Shown one piece after another: positions 18,863 to 29,398 of a stretch of DNA of 64,000 nt (the first letter of the stretch is position 1; every line of letters begins with the position of its first letter). Source of the DNA: Bacillota bacterium (GTDB lineage Bacteria > Bacillota > Ch66 > Ch109). The notes under the pieces were generated by a model. That model ran no database searches and was not told the origin of the DNA. It worked only from the letters and a program-made list of their open reading frames with translations. The position numbers and the translations under genes are program-made. The stretch is from contig JBMNLH010000001.1 of NCBI GenBank assembly GCA_050952625.1, positions 96,001 to 160,000 of the forward strand. The letters are read 5' to 3'.

Positions 18863-20335
18863 GTGAGAACAAAGACAAAACGGTCTTCAAGGCGAGGTAT
18901 CCTATGGCGAGTCAGGATGGAGGTACAGGAAAGAAGATACCGAATCTGGCGGTGGATTTTTCAGCAGCCAGACCACAGTACATCATATAAATGTTTAGCT
19001 GAACATTTTAAAGTCTCCGAGAAAACGGCGAAACTAGATTGTCTTGAACTGGTTAAAGAAGGCTATTTAAAACGTCATTGGGGCGGGGTAACCTTGACAG
19101 AAAAGGGACTTAAGGCCCTGTCCCAGGCAGGGTCGCTGGGACTTGATAGCACTATAAAACGAAAACATCTACGCCAGTTAGTGATCTTACGGGTTTTAGC
19201 CAGGAGACGAGCTAGCCGAAAGAAAAGTGAACGCACCCTAACCCTAAAAGACATTTCGCGGTTAGCTGGGTGGGACATAGATTGCCCTGAAGAAAAAGCT
19301 TATCCCAGTTTAGATAGTTTGAGTAATGATCTGGCCGAGTTAACCTCAATTGGTCTGGTTGAACGAACCGAACAGGGCTGGCAGTTGGGCAGCAGTTTAA
19401 TGCCGCCGCTTTATTTGAACGATGACCAAATGCTTCAGCTGCACCATTACTTAAATACTTTGCCGGCGTTTCTGCCGCTGGATGCGGTCCAGATGACCAG
19501 AATTAAGGATAAATTGCAAACAATCTTGCTGACAAAAGAAAATATGCTCCCAATTGATCAACTTAAACTGGCGACTAGGGAAGTGGTCCATGGTTATTCT
19601 TCACCACCACCGGCTGATGCTAACATTGTCCGATTGGTCGAGGAAGCTGTCGCCAAAGGGTTGGTCCTGGAACTGCTCTATCAAGGCAGAAAGATCAAGA
19701 TTAACCCAATCGGTTTAGTCTATCATTGGCGGCGGGGGTTCTGGTATATCATCTCCACCCCCAAAAAGCGGCAGCGAACCAACTTACAGATACTACGCCT
19801 GGATCGGGTGACTACCGCCTATAAAACTGAACAACAATTTACTCGTTTGCCGGCGCATAAAAGCAGGATATCGAACTTCCTGGCGGAATACTGGGGCGTT
19901 AGCAATGATCGAAGGTTCGAGGTGGAGATTCGTTTTTTTAATACCAAATGGAATGTTAACGCAGTCGAAAATATGTTGGGTGAAATTGCCCAACGGCAGT
20001 ACTGGGCCAAAACCTGCCGGACCGTACCGCAGCCCGATGGCTCGGTTGTCTTAAAGGATACCATTACTGGGCTGTCTGAGTTTACAGCCTGGTTAAGAAC
20101 CTACGGCGATGCAATCGAGATAATCTCCCCGGCTTGGCTGCGGGAAACACAAAAAGAAACCGCCCAAAAAATGCTAGCTGTCTATAAGAAGAAGACCGGC
20201 CAAATAAATAATCAGGCGGAAAAGCTATTTGACCAAGACATGATCAATAAAGCTGATAGGCCTGAGCCAAGAGATACGACTGAGCAGAGGGGAGCCGAAC
20301 AGAGAGACCGGAGCCGAGCAGAGAGATGGAGGTGA
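18863..20335 (+). CDS. WYL-domain transcriptional regulator 1 (HTH-wHTH-WYL-WCX; PafB/C-like)
   Basis: N-terminal DeoR-like HTH (LAEHFKVSEKTAKLD), INPIGLVY..GFWYII, ILRLDRV, and WCX-like FTAWLRTYGDAIEIISPAWLRE. Confidence 0.85.
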   Translation: MRTKTKRSSRRGILWRVRMEVQERRYRIWRWIFQQPDHSTSYKCLAEHFKVSEKTAKLDCLELVKEGYLKRHWGGVTLTEKGLKALSQAGSLGLDSTIKRKHLRQLVILRVLARRRASRKKSERTLTLKDISRLAGWDIDCPEEKAYPSLDSLSNDLAELTSIGLVERTEQGWQLGSSLMPPLYLNDDQMLQLHHYLNTLPAFLPLDAVQMTRIKDKLQTILLTKENMLPIDQLKLATREVVHGYSSPPPADANIVRLVEEAVAKGLVLELLYQGRKIKINPIGLVYHWRRGFWYIISTPKKRQRTNLQILRLDRVTTAYKTEQQFTRLPAHKSRISNFLAEYWGVSNDRRFEVEIRFFNTKWNVNAVENMLGEIAQRQYWAKTCRTVPQPDGSVVLKDTITGLSEFTAWLRTYGDAIEIISPAWLRETQKETAQKMLAVYKKKTGQINNQAEKLFDQDMINKADRPEPRDTTEQRGAEQRDRSRAERWR

Positions 20336-20362
20336 GCCGAACGGCACCGAGCAGGAACGGAG

Positions 20363-21511
20363 TTGGCGAGACAGACAGATAAGGCACTAACCAGGTTGAT
20401 TAGTTTGATCAAGATTCTCGAAAAACATCCAAAAGGCTTATCCGCTAATCAATTGGCCGACTTAACCGGATACCCGGCAGCGGTGATCCTGGATGACCTA
20501 AACTGGATCGTGCTGCAATCGGAATTTGCCGCGCACTACACTCTGTACGTTGATGATTTCCCGGAAGAAGAATTAGACATAGAGACAGGAAGCGAAGCTT
20601 TACCTGAAGCCTTACATATTGAAACAGACAGTATCAAGGCAATCAATAACAGTGTAAAACATAGTGAGCTAATACAAGCTGAGACAGATAATAGCGACGA
20701 AGCAGATTATTCAGTGACTGACCCGGATCTTAAGTGGCTGCTTGTGCAAAGGCAGACCTATACCCCCGGTTTAAATCTGTCTCTTGAGGAAGCGGTCCCT
20801 CTGTTATGGGCTTTAATGGAACACCCTCCAGGCCAAGAGCTGGCCTTATTCCAAAAAGAACTCAGGCGGCGAATTTTACCAGATCATATGGCTGAGCCAG
20901 CGGAAAACTGGATTCAGTTTATGGGAACCAAAGCGGGGATGGAAACACCCGACTGCCGTTACCTTGACCAATTGCGGGCGGCAATCTACCGGGAGCAGCT
21001 AATAGAGGTTAGATATTATGCTAAACAGTACCGGCAAACCAAACGGGCCCGCCTGCAACCGCTGGGGCTGGTGCTCTATAACGTAACCGGCACCTGGTAC
21101 CTGGTCGCCCGAGAATACCCCGGGAAAGATATGACGGCCCGGGAAATAATCTTGCATCTGGGGAGGCTTGAATCACTTCGGGTATTAGATCAAACGGCTA
21201 GCTACCCGGCTGATTTTTCGCTAACCGATTTTCTTAGAACTAGATGGGGAATGGATATGTCAGATCCAGTCAAGGTCAAGGCCAGAATCTATCCGCAGGC
21301 CAATGTTCTGGAGAAGATCAACCGGGAAATGATAAAGCGCGGCCTGCCGGCCCCTGCGGAACAGGCTGACGGAACCTATCTATGGGAAGGCGAAGTGCGG
21401 GGAATTAATAATTTTACCCGGTGGATTCTTGGCTTTGGCTCAGCCGTTGAAATCTTAGCCCCGGCCAAGGTCCGGCGCGAAGTTATTTCGATAATCCGCA
21501 ATATATGTTAA
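20363..21511 (+). CDS. WYL-domain transcriptional regulator 2 (PafB/C-like)
   Basis: HTH (RLISLIKIL..GLSANQLA..DDL), LQPLGLV..GTWYLVA, LHLGRL, WILGFGSAVEILAP. Confidence 0.9.
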   Translation: MARQTDKALTRLISLIKILEKHPKGLSANQLADLTGYPAAVILDDLNWIVLQSEFAAHYTLYVDDFPEEELDIETGSEALPEALHIETDSIKAINNSVKHSELIQAETDNSDEADYSVTDPDLKWLLVQRQTYTPGLNLSLEEAVPLLWALMEHPPGQELALFQKELRRRILPDHMAEPAENWIQFMGTKAGMETPDCRYLDQLRAAIYREQLIEVRYYAKQYRQTKRARLQPLGLVLYNVTGTWYLVAREYPGKDMTAREIILHLGRLESLRVLDQTASYPADFSLTDFLRTRWGMDMSDPVKVKARIYPQANVLEKINREMIKRGLPAPAEQADGTYLWEGEVRGINNFTRWILGFGSAVEILAPAKVRREVISIIRNIC

Positions 21512-21570
21512 GTCAACCCCTACTTAATTGAAGTGGGGGTATTTAGTTTGAAAGGCAAACATCGCTTTGT

Positions 21571-21689
21571 CCTCCCCTTCACCGCCTCACGTCTCAAATC
21601 TGACATCTCACTCCTTACTCCTCACTTATCACTTCTTACACCTTATACATCACCCCTTGCCTCGCTCCTCGCACCTCATCCCTCACCCC
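21571..21689. repeat. Degenerate heptamer tandem repeat (YCTCACN)n
   Basis: cctcacg tctcaaa tctgaca tctcact ccttact cctcact... show 7-nt periodicity. Confidence 0.7.
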
Positions 21690-21700
21690 GGTCGAATTTA

Positions 21701-21733
21701 GGAAACTTTTTTTCGGCTGAGTGAGTTTATAAT
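21701..21733 (+). promoter_or_regulatory. Conserved motif/promoter copy 1: GGAAACTTTTTTTCGG-N11-TATAAT
   Basis: The first 18 bp are identical to 31334-31351, with the same spacing to TATAAT and no TTGACA-like -35. Confidence 0.75.
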
Positions 21734-21794
21734 CAGGTTTAAACTGCAAGCCTGATTATATTAGGCTAGAGATTTTAGCGAGGTGAGGTTTTAA

Positions 21795-21977
21795 TTGGTG
21801 CGTAAAACTTGTCCTTATTGCGGCAAAGACTCTTTTAGTGCCTGCAGTACTGGCGAGTGGATCTGCCCGCATTGCTTTCGGGATATATCTAAGGTAGAAC
21901 CCAAACCAATCAATTACCCGATCCTGCAGGTAGTTCAGAACAATCATTGCGACAAGGACCGCGAAGTAGTTGATTAA
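21795..21977 (+). CDS. Small zinc-ribbon protein
   Basis: CPYC...WICPHC; RBS GAGGTGAGG; promoter directly upstream. Confidence 0.8.
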   Translation: MVRKTCPYCGKDSFSACSTGEWICPHCFRDISKVEPKPINYPILQVVQNNHCDKDREVVD

Positions 21978-22037
21978 AGCAGCGTAATTTGAAAAACAGA
22001 ATTAACCATTAGTTAAAATAATTCGTTGATAGTTGGA

Positions 22038-22062
22038 AGGAAAATGGATGATCGTGTCGAAA
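22038..22062 (+). promoter_or_regulatory. SigH-type promoter of the csm operon
   Basis: AGGA-aaatggatgatcgtgtc(17)-GAAA. Confidence 0.65.
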
Positions 22063-22102
22063 TTTCCATATAAATGCAGAACGGAGACGTTCAAATCCTA
22101 GT

Positions 22103-24517
22103 ATGTTAACCGTTAACCGTCAGGAGGTGAGAAAAATAGATTGGTTGTCTGACAATAATGAAACTAATTTTAAAAACCTATTATACGGGGCCCTTTTTCA
22201 TGATATCGGCAAGTTTTATCAGCGCACCCGTGATAAACAGGCGGAGAAGGAGATTTTCCAGGCTTATCAATGGTATGTAGAGAGCCTGGGTCGGGAATAC
22301 CTCTCCCACGAACAATGGAGTGCCTACTTCATCCGCACTGTTTTAAAAATGGAAGCAGCCGCAACCCTGGCTTTAAAGCACCACCACCCGGAAACTGACC
22401 TGGAATACCTGATCGCAATTGCCGACAAGTTGTCCGCAATGGAACGGGATGAAGAAGGCCCGGCCAGTAACGGTAAAGCCAATGTGGCAGCGGAACCCCT
22501 GTGTTCTGTTTTATCTTCTATCCGGCACATTAGAGATGATAGCGAGCCGGCCATTAGTTTTAAACGCTTGAAATTCGAACCCTTGGTTGATCCTTACCCG
22601 GTTTCCGATAAAAATGCAGCCCTTAGCCCGGGGGACTATCAGGCCTGGTGGGAGTGTTTCGCAACGGAAACCAAGGAGACTGTGAAGCAGCCGGTCGGTG
22701 CTGGCAAACAGTTTCACCGTCTATATCAGTTGCTTTACCAGTACACCCAGACAGTGCCTTCAGCCGCCTATTATTCCAAACCAACTATCTCCTTGTTTGA
22801 CCATTCCCGGACCACTGCAGCGATAGCCACGGCCCTTTACCGGCAGGGGCTTAGCCAGAATGACCTGGAAAGGTTGCACCGTCTTTTGGTGTATGGAGGC
22901 AAGAAGCGGGGAGCGGAAGAGCCGGTCCTGCTCTTGGTTGGCGGCGATATTTCGGGCATTCAGGACTTTGTGTTTGATGTGTCAGCCAAAGGAGCAGCCA
23001 AAGGCCTGCGGGGCCGGTCCTATTATCTGGCCACTCTTGGCGAGGCGATTGCTCAGTTTATCTTGACTCACGAGGGTCTTACCCCCTGTAACATTTTATA
23101 TTCCGGGGGCGGCCATTTCTATTTGATTCTGCCGGTTCGGGCCATGTCACGCTTAGCCGATTACCAAAAACAGATCGACCAGATCCTGTTTGCGGCCCAT
23201 CAAGGGAAGTTGTCGGTCATTCTAACCGGGATTCCCTTGACCCAGACTGATTTTTACCCGGAGAATTTCGGCGAAAAGTGGCAGCAGATCGGTCTAGCAG
23301 CCCAAAAAGCCAAGCAGCAGAAATTCCTCGAATTGATCCGGCAAAACCCGGAACAAGTGCTGGGTCCGAGTTATGAAGGCCAGCAGGTTTGCGTCATTTG
23401 CGGCAGTTCAATGCCAGTGGGAGAAGAAAAATGCTCTTTCTGCGAAAGCTTTGAACAGCTAGGCGATAACCTGGCGCGGGAGCGGACGTATCTTTTGGAG
23501 TACTACTTTAAGCCCCGTCCGGTAGACCAGATGTCCACAGTGGAAGATGTCTGGGCTGGTCTGGGATATCGGCTGGAGTTTTCCAACAAACCAGATGCCC
23601 AGGCCATTGTTTCGGTAATCAATCAACCAGCCTTGGCCGATAAAGCAGTTGATCGTGTGGTTTGGCTGGCGAATACTGCTCCGCATAACCCGGATGGCAG
23701 TCTGCTGACTTTTGAGGAGATCGCGGCGCAAAGTACCGGGGATCACATGTGGGGAGTCCTGCGCGGTGATGTGGATAATCTGGGCAGGGTTTTTCGGGAA
23801 GGCCTGGGCCAGGATCGCTCAATTTCCAAGATTGCCGCCCTCAGTCGAGAGATGTCCTTTTTCTTTAGCTTTATTTTTAATCAGGTCTGTCTGCGGTACC
23901 GGCAGTCGGTTTATGTCATTTATGCCGGGGGAGACGATTTCTTTTTGGTAGGTGCCTGGAGTGATTTGCCAACGATCGCGGCGGAAATCAACCGGGAATT
24001 TCACCGATACAGCTCCGGGAACCCTAACCTCACCCTATCTTGTGCGATCAGTATCGCATCGGGGATGACCTATCCTTTGTTTAAGGTGGCCCATACCGCC
24101 GGGGAACAACTGGACGAACAGGCCAAAACCACCCGAATGGTTAAAGGGGTTCTCCATCATAAAGATAGTGTATGTTTTCTAGGCCAGCCCTTTACCTGGG
24201 GAGAATTGGAGGAAGTCAGACAAGTCAAGAACTTGATCAAAAAAGCAATCCAAAATGAAGGGGTGGCTAAATCGCTCATCTTCTTGATTAATACAGCTTA
24301 CGCTGAGCAGCGGCAATACCAGCAGGGCAGATACCCGATCAATCGAATTTGGCGGCTGGTCTACGCCCTGACCAGACTGGCTGCGCGACATGGGCAAGCC
24401 GCTAACACCCTGAAAGAATTGGAAAGCCGGCTGTTAACCAGCCAGACAATGCTGTATGCCAACAGCCTTTACGCGGCCCGCTGGGCCGAAAAAGAATTGA
24501 GAACAAGGGGGGACTAA
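22103..24517 (+). CDS. cas10: Type III-A Cas10/Csm1 (HD nuclease + Palm cyclase)
   Basis: LFHDIGKF (HD), ISLFDHS, GDISGIQDF, LRGRSYY, CxxC..CxxC, RGDVDNLG, YAGGDDF. Confidence 0.97.
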   Translation: MLTVNRQEVRKIDWLSDNNETNFKNLLYGALFHDIGKFYQRTRDKQAEKEIFQAYQWYVESLGREYLSHEQWSAYFIRTVLKMEAAATLALKHHHPETDLEYLIAIADKLSAMERDEEGPASNGKANVAAEPLCSVLSSIRHIRDDSEPAISFKRLKFEPLVDPYPVSDKNAALSPGDYQAWWECFATETKETVKQPVGAGKQFHRLYQLLYQYTQTVPSAAYYSKPTISLFDHSRTTAAIATALYRQGLSQNDLERLHRLLVYGGKKRGAEEPVLLLVGGDISGIQDFVFDVSAKGAAKGLRGRSYYLATLGEAIAQFILTHEGLTPCNILYSGGGHFYLILPVRAMSRLADYQKQIDQILFAAHQGKLSVILTGIPLTQTDFYPENFGEKWQQIGLAAQKAKQQKFLELIRQNPEQVLGPSYEGQQVCVICGSSMPVGEEKCSFCESFEQLGDNLARERTYLLEYYFKPRPVDQMSTVEDVWAGLGYRLEFSNKPDAQAIVSVINQPALADKAVDRVVWLANTAPHNPDGSLLTFEEIAAQSTGDHMWGVLRGDVDNLGRVFREGLGQDRSISKIAALSREMSFFFSFIFNQVCLRYRQSVYVIYAGGDDFFLVGAWSDLPTIAAEINREFHRYSSGNPNLTLSCAISIASGMTYPLFKVAHTAGEQLDEQAKTTRMVKGVLHHKDSVCFLGQPFTWGELEEVRQVKNLIKKAIQNEGVAKSLIFLINTAYAEQRQYQQGRYPINRIWRLVYALTRLAARHGQAANTLKELESRLLTSQTMLYANSLYAARWAEKELRTRGD

Positions 24518-24518
24518 G

Positions 24519-24980
24519 GTGGGCATGAATCGACCACCCATTCCGGGGGGACCCGGGGGCAGACCAAGAAATACAAGCGGAGGTCGAAGTAACCTTGACA
24601 ATTCCGCGGTCCGGGATGCCCTGCAAAACGTCAGGCAACTGCTGGATAAAGACCAGGACCCGTACGGAGAGTTATTAATCCAAACAGCCGAGGCAATGGG
24701 CCGGCACCTAGCCAATAACCGGATGACCACGGCCCAGATCCGGAAACTCTTCTCCGAAGTGCGGAAACTTAATTTTAAAGACGACGGGCCTTACAAGACC
24801 AATATGATGCGGGCCAAACTGGCCTATACTGCCGGCCGTCACCGCGAAGTTGGTGACCTCCAGCAGGTATTAGACAAAGCCTTAATCGAAGTGGGGACCA
24901 GCGAAGAAAAATTTAACCGTTTTGAAAACTTTTTTGAAGCCATTGTGGCCTACCATAAGAAATACGGCGGTAAAGATTAA
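24519..24980 (+). CDS. csm2: Csm2 small subunit
   Basis: TTAQIRKLF, KLAYTAGR and FFEAIVAYHK motifs. Confidence 0.95.
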   Translation: MGMNRPPIPGGPGGRPRNTSGGRSNLDNSAVRDALQNVRQLLDKDQDPYGELLIQTAEAMGRHLANNRMTTAQIRKLFSEVRKLNFKDDGPYKTNMMRAKLAYTAGRHREVGDLQQVLDKALIEVGTSEEKFNRFENFFEAIVAYHKKYGGKD

Positions 24981-25025
24981 GAACGAAGAATTAGGGGTTA
25001 AGAAGACAGGGAGGAGGCTTAAGCG

Positions 25026-25859
25026 GTGACTGAACTAATAATGGAAGGCAAATTAGTCATGACTGGCCTGATTAAGGCCTGCACCGGACTGCATATCGGC
25101 GGGTCCCCGACTGGTTTAGATATTGGCGGCGTGGATAAGTCTGTCATTAAGGACCCAGGAGGTAAGCCCTATATCCCCGGCAGTTCGCTCAAGGGGAAAA
25201 TGCGCAGTCTGCTGGAAAAAAGTGAAGGACTGGTTACTTCGTCCAGCCTGGTAGTTACTAAAAAAGGCGGGATCCACGACACCATTCGGATGCACATGTG
25301 CAATTCGCCAACTTGTGCTGTTTGCAATATTTTCGGCCGGACCAACGGGCGAAAAAAATTAGCTGACGAATCAGATCTAAATATTGAGAACGGGACCCTG
25401 CCGCGTTTGATAGTGCGGGATGCGTATCTGGTTGAGGACAGTATCCCGCGGGAGATGAAAGAACACTTGGATTTGGAATGGACCGAGGTCAAGTTTGAAA
25501 ACTCAATTGACCGTATTACATCTGCCGCTAACCCCCGACAGACTGAACGGGTGCCGCGGGGAGCAGAGTTTAGTTTTCAAATGGTCTATACGGTTTATAC
25601 TCCGGCAGACCGAGATGACTTCAGCAAGGTGACCAAGGCCTTACGGCTGTTGGAGGATGACTACCTGGGCGGGGCCGGCAGCCGGGGTTACGGACAAATC
25701 CTTTTTCATAACCTGAAGCTATATTGGAATTCAGTCAATGACTATGAAACCGGGAATATTAATCTAGCGACCAAAGAGCCCTGGCTAGCGGCGGATACCC
25801 TCAGCCAGTTGATGGAACAAATGGTTGAGGCCGGGGGCGTGGCCGGGCTTAAAGAATAG
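25026..25859 (+). CDS. csm3: Csm3 (Cas7) backbone RNase
   Basis: TGLHIGG, GGVD (catalytic Asp), YIPGSSLKGKMRSLLE, ANPRQTERVP, YLGGAGSRGYG. Confidence 0.95.
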   Translation: MTELIMEGKLVMTGLIKACTGLHIGGSPTGLDIGGVDKSVIKDPGGKPYIPGSSLKGKMRSLLEKSEGLVTSSSLVVTKKGGIHDTIRMHMCNSPTCAVCNIFGRTNGRKKLADESDLNIENGTLPRLIVRDAYLVEDSIPREMKEHLDLEWTEVKFENSIDRITSAANPRQTERVPRGAEFSFQMVYTVYTPADRDDFSKVTKALRLLEDDYLGGAGSRGYGQILFHNLKLYWNSVNDYETGNINLATKEPWLAADTLSQLMEQMVEAGGVAGLKE

Positions 25860-25871
25860 CGGGGCGATAGC

Positions 25872-26864
25872 ATGAAAGCACACATCGTGAAAATGCATTT
25901 TACAGCGCCCCTGCACTTAGGCAGCAAGGAAGCAATGCTGGAGAACACCCTGCAGCATATCCCATCCGATGTTGTTTTTTCCGCGCTGTGCAACGTGTAT
26001 CGCCACCTCTACGGCAAACAAGCTTTAGAGTCGCTGCTGGCGGAACAAGCACAGTCGGCCGGCTTCCTATTGTCATCAGCCTTTCCTTATTACCGGGATG
26101 CCTATTTTTTGCCCCGGCCTTTAAACTTTGACTTAACCCGCTATGGCTTTGAACCGAAAAAGGCCAAACGGGTGAAATATCTGGAATATAACCTGATGCA
26201 CCGGGTGTTGGCGGGTAAGTTTCAAGCCGCGGATTTGGAGAATTATGTCGCTGAGGCGGTGCAGGGCCTGCTTTTGCCCCGGGAGTATCAGGGTCTGAAA
26301 ATCTGCCGCGAGGTTGAAATACCGCGGGTCGCCCTGGACAGCCTGACTGCTGCGTCAAATATCTATTACTTTAACCAGGTGACCTTTACCCGGGAGGCCG
26401 GTCTTTACTGTCTGGTCCGGTGTGCGCCGGAATTATGGGGCCGGCTCAGGACCTGTTTTCGTGTCTTGGGCGATGAAGGAATCGGCGGGGACCGGACTTC
26501 CGGCAAGGGAGGATTTACCGTCGAATTTCCAGGCGAACTGGCTTTTCCGCAACTGGGTCAGCCGGCCAGCCATGTCTTATTGTCCCTGTATTATCCCAGT
26601 TCTGATGAGGCGGGAAGCCTGGAGGCTGAGTATTCGTTAATCAAACGTTCTGGTTATGTCTACTCTTCAGAGGAAACCGGCCTGAGAAGGAAAAGCGTCA
26701 CCATGCTGGCCGAAGGGGCAGTAGTCTACGCTGATTCTCCTCCAGTTGGGAAGCTCGTGGACCTGACACCGCCCGGGTTTGACAAGCACAAAGTCTGGCG
26801 CAATGGCCTGGCCTTCACGGTGGCGTCAGCCCTGGGGAAAGGAGGAGGGGAAGATGCCGGGTAA
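25872..26864 (+). CDS. csm4: Csm4 (Cas5)
   Basis: PLHLG, PSDVVFSAL, LSSAFPY, GIGGDRTSGKG, MLAEGAV. Confidence 0.95.
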   Translation: MKAHIVKMHFTAPLHLGSKEAMLENTLQHIPSDVVFSALCNVYRHLYGKQALESLLAEQAQSAGFLLSSAFPYYRDAYFLPRPLNFDLTRYGFEPKKAKRVKYLEYNLMHRVLAGKFQAADLENYVAEAVQGLLLPREYQGLKICREVEIPRVALDSLTAASNIYYFNQVTFTREAGLYCLVRCAPELWGRLRTCFRVLGDEGIGGDRTSGKGGFTVEFPGELAFPQLGQPASHVLLSLYYPSSDEAGSLEAEYSLIKRSGYVYSSEETGLRRKSVTMLAEGAVVYADSPPVGKLVDLTPPGFDKHKVWRNGLAFTVASALGKGGGEDAG

Positions 26865-28005
26865 ACTCAAGTATCGCCTGGAGGTCTTGACCCCGGTGCA
26901 TATTGGCAGCGGGCAAAAACTGCTGCCGGCGGATTATATTCTTGATCCCGAGACGCAGGAGGTTATTCGGGTCGACCTAAATGCCCTGTTTAGTGACCGC
27001 TCTTTTCCGGTCGGACGTTTTATCGCGGCGATTAAAGAGCCTGGCTTTAGTCTGCAGCGGAAATTTTATCAGTCAGGGCGCATGTATCCCCTGTACCGGC
27101 TGGCAGCAGCCGATACGCTAAACGAGCTTAACCAGCACATTGGCCGCCCGGCCGGGGCCATTCTCGAACACATAAAGGAGGCCGGCCAGCCCTATCTCCC
27201 GGGGAGTTCGCTGAAAGGAGCCTTGCGTAGTCTGGTCGTTCGCTGCTTGATTGCGCAAAACCCTGATTCTTACGAAGAAAGGCTCAGACAAAACATGCAA
27301 GGAGACAGGAGAAGCCGAAAGGAGTTTTTCTCCACTTCCGCTGAAGAACGCGTAGTCGGCAACCCCAATTTTAGTCTATTTAAGTCCCTGCAGGTTAGCG
27401 ACAGCTCAACGTTAAACCCACAGCAGCTTCAATTGGGCTGTACGCGGGTCCTTTCCTTAACCCGACGTGGGTTCCGCTGGAAGGACCTGGGTCAGAACAC
27501 GAACGTGGATCGTCCAGAGATGGCAACGCCGATTTTTTTTGAAGCCATTCCGGCTGGGACCACCCTAACCGGCACCTTAAAGGTAGATGAGACCTTGCTC
27601 AAAGGAGAAATGGCGCAATTGCTCAGGTACCCGCCGGCCAGCAGAACCGCCCTGCTGGAACTAACGCGGATCTGCCGGGAAGGCAGCCGGGAACTGTTGC
27701 GCAATGAAGAGGAGTTTTTCACGAAAATTTCCTTTGCCCCGGGTGTTCAGGCGGTCAAAGGTATACTGTCGATTGAGCAGGACTGCAACGCTAATCAGAT
27801 GATTATCCCCTTGGCCTGGGGGACTGGTTATCTGGCCAAAGCGATGGGCTGGAAGATTGATCCCGATTTGTTTCGGGAGGTGCGAGACCGATTCAGACTG
27901 GGCCGGCCGGGGTTTGAATTTCCAAAATCTCGAAAGATTATTTTCACGCAGGGTAAACCGTCTGGTTTAATGGGCTGGGTTAAGATCACCCTGGGAGAGG
28001 AATAA
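26854..28005 (+). CDS. csm5: Csm5 (Cas7)
   Basis: LTPVHIGSG, PYLPGSSLKGALR, LQVSDS, FPKSR...MGWV. Confidence 0.95.
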   Translation: MPGKLKYRLEVLTPVHIGSGQKLLPADYILDPETQEVIRVDLNALFSDRSFPVGRFIAAIKEPGFSLQRKFYQSGRMYPLYRLAAADTLNELNQHIGRPAGAILEHIKEAGQPYLPGSSLKGALRSLVVRCLIAQNPDSYEERLRQNMQGDRRSRKEFFSTSAEERVVGNPNFSLFKSLQVSDSSTLNPQQLQLGCTRVLSLTRRGFRWKDLGQNTNVDRPEMATPIFFEAIPAGTTLTGTLKVDETLLKGEMAQLLRYPPASRTALLELTRICREGSRELLRNEEEFFTKISFAPGVQAVKGILSIEQDCNANQMIIPLAWGTGYLAKAMGWKIDPDLFREVRDRFRLGRPGFEFPKSRKIIFTQGKPSGLMGWVKITLGEE

Positions 28006-28008
28006 CTG

Positions 28009-28937
28009 ATGCTCAAGGTAATTAAAGTTAATATCGAACTCAAACCCGTCGAACCTATTGAACTGCCAGTTTATAAAGGTTCCACCTTTCGGGGGGATTG
28101 GGCCAGGTACTTAAAGAGATGGTCTGTATCCGGCGGGACCGGCAGTGCCGTCGGTGTTCCATAAGTAATAAATGCAGCTATACCTTCGTCTTTGAAACCG
28201 CAACTTATTATGCCGGGCAGCCTCGGGATTCCGGGGGTGTGCCGCAGCCGTTTGTCTTGGAACCACCTCTGGAGGAAGAAACCAGATACGAAGTTGGCCA
28301 AACAATCAATTTCAGTTTAGTTTTGATGGGGCGGGGGGTAGATTATCTGCCCTACTTCCTGTCCGCCTTTGATTTTATGGGGGAGCGGGGAATCGGACGC
28401 CGGCGGGGTCGGTTTGAGTTGTTCCGCGTGACTGACAGCTATTCGGGAGAGGTAGTCTACGACCGGGAAAGCGGTGAGGTTAACTCGCTGTTGACCCCCC
28501 GAAACCTTTCAGACCTGCTTCTGAAAAGCGAGGCGTGCCAAAGCTGTTGCCTGACTCTGCTCACCCCGCTTCGTTTAAAACAAGGGGGCAGCCTGACCGA
28601 ACAATTCAACTTTGAATTACTCATTCGAGCTATTCTAAGGAGAATAACCTATCTCAACCAGTATTTCGGTGATCAAGAGATAGAACTGGATTATAAACAG
28701 CTTATCGATCAGGCCAAAGAGATCAAAACCAGGGCCAGAAATATAGCCTGGCGGGACTGGGAAAGGTATTCAAGCCGGCAGGATACCCGGATGAAACTGG
28801 GCGGAATAGTTGGCGACATAGAGTTCGCCGGAGAAATTACCCCTTTTTGGCCTTTTCTGTTAATGGGGCAGGAAATCCACATTGGCAAGAATACTACCTT
28901 TGGCCTGGGAAAATATTTAGTGGAACGATCAGGCTGA
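28009..28937 (+). CDS. cas6: Cas6 crRNA processing endoribonuclease; -1 frameshift in the G6 run at 28091-28096
   Basis: ATG 28009 gives MLKVIKVNIELKPVEPIELPVYKGSTFRG. One more G joins it to GLGQVLK...CRRC...PQPFV...HIGKNTTFGLG (Cas6 G-rich loop). Confidence 0.9.
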
Positions 28938-28966
28938 GAGATTGAGAATGTTGAGTAGATGTTGGA

Positions 28967-28991
28967 AGGATAAGTAATATTTATGTCGAAT
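28967..28991 (+). promoter_or_regulatory. SigH-type promoter upstream of the array 1 leader
   Basis: AGGA-taagtaatatttatgtc(17)-GAAT. Confidence 0.6.
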
Positions 28992-29188
28992 TCTAATATT
29001 ATCTATTTTATTTTACCAGTTTCATATTCGATAGGTTTTGCCTATCGTAATTGATAGATAAGTAAGTGAGCCTTTTGGCCTGATTTTATAACGTTGCCCT
29101 GCACGAACGAATAGTAATCAAAATTGCAAATTCGACTCCATATAATATAAGCAATTTATATTTATTGAAGTAATGCACTTATTATTAT

Positions 29189-29398
29189 CGCTAACCTGTT
29201 TAAGGCTAAAAATCTCTGGGAGGTTAGCGATAATGAGTAATTCAAAGAAATATGCTGAAATAAAGAGCAAGGAGGCAATAATTTTATTTGGGATGAACTG
29301 GAAAAGAGGTGATTTTCAAGTCTTTGTAGCAGGTTTTTTTGCGGTTAGCGGAATGGCACCTCGCAGCCCAGTATTATCAAGGCCTCCGGACAGCCGCT
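29189..29398 (+). promoter_or_regulatory. CRISPR leader 1
   Basis: CGCTAACCT, AGGTTAGCG and GGTTAGCG motifs at -210, -178 and -56; the proximal ~55 bp is nearly identical to leader 2. Confidence 0.85.
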
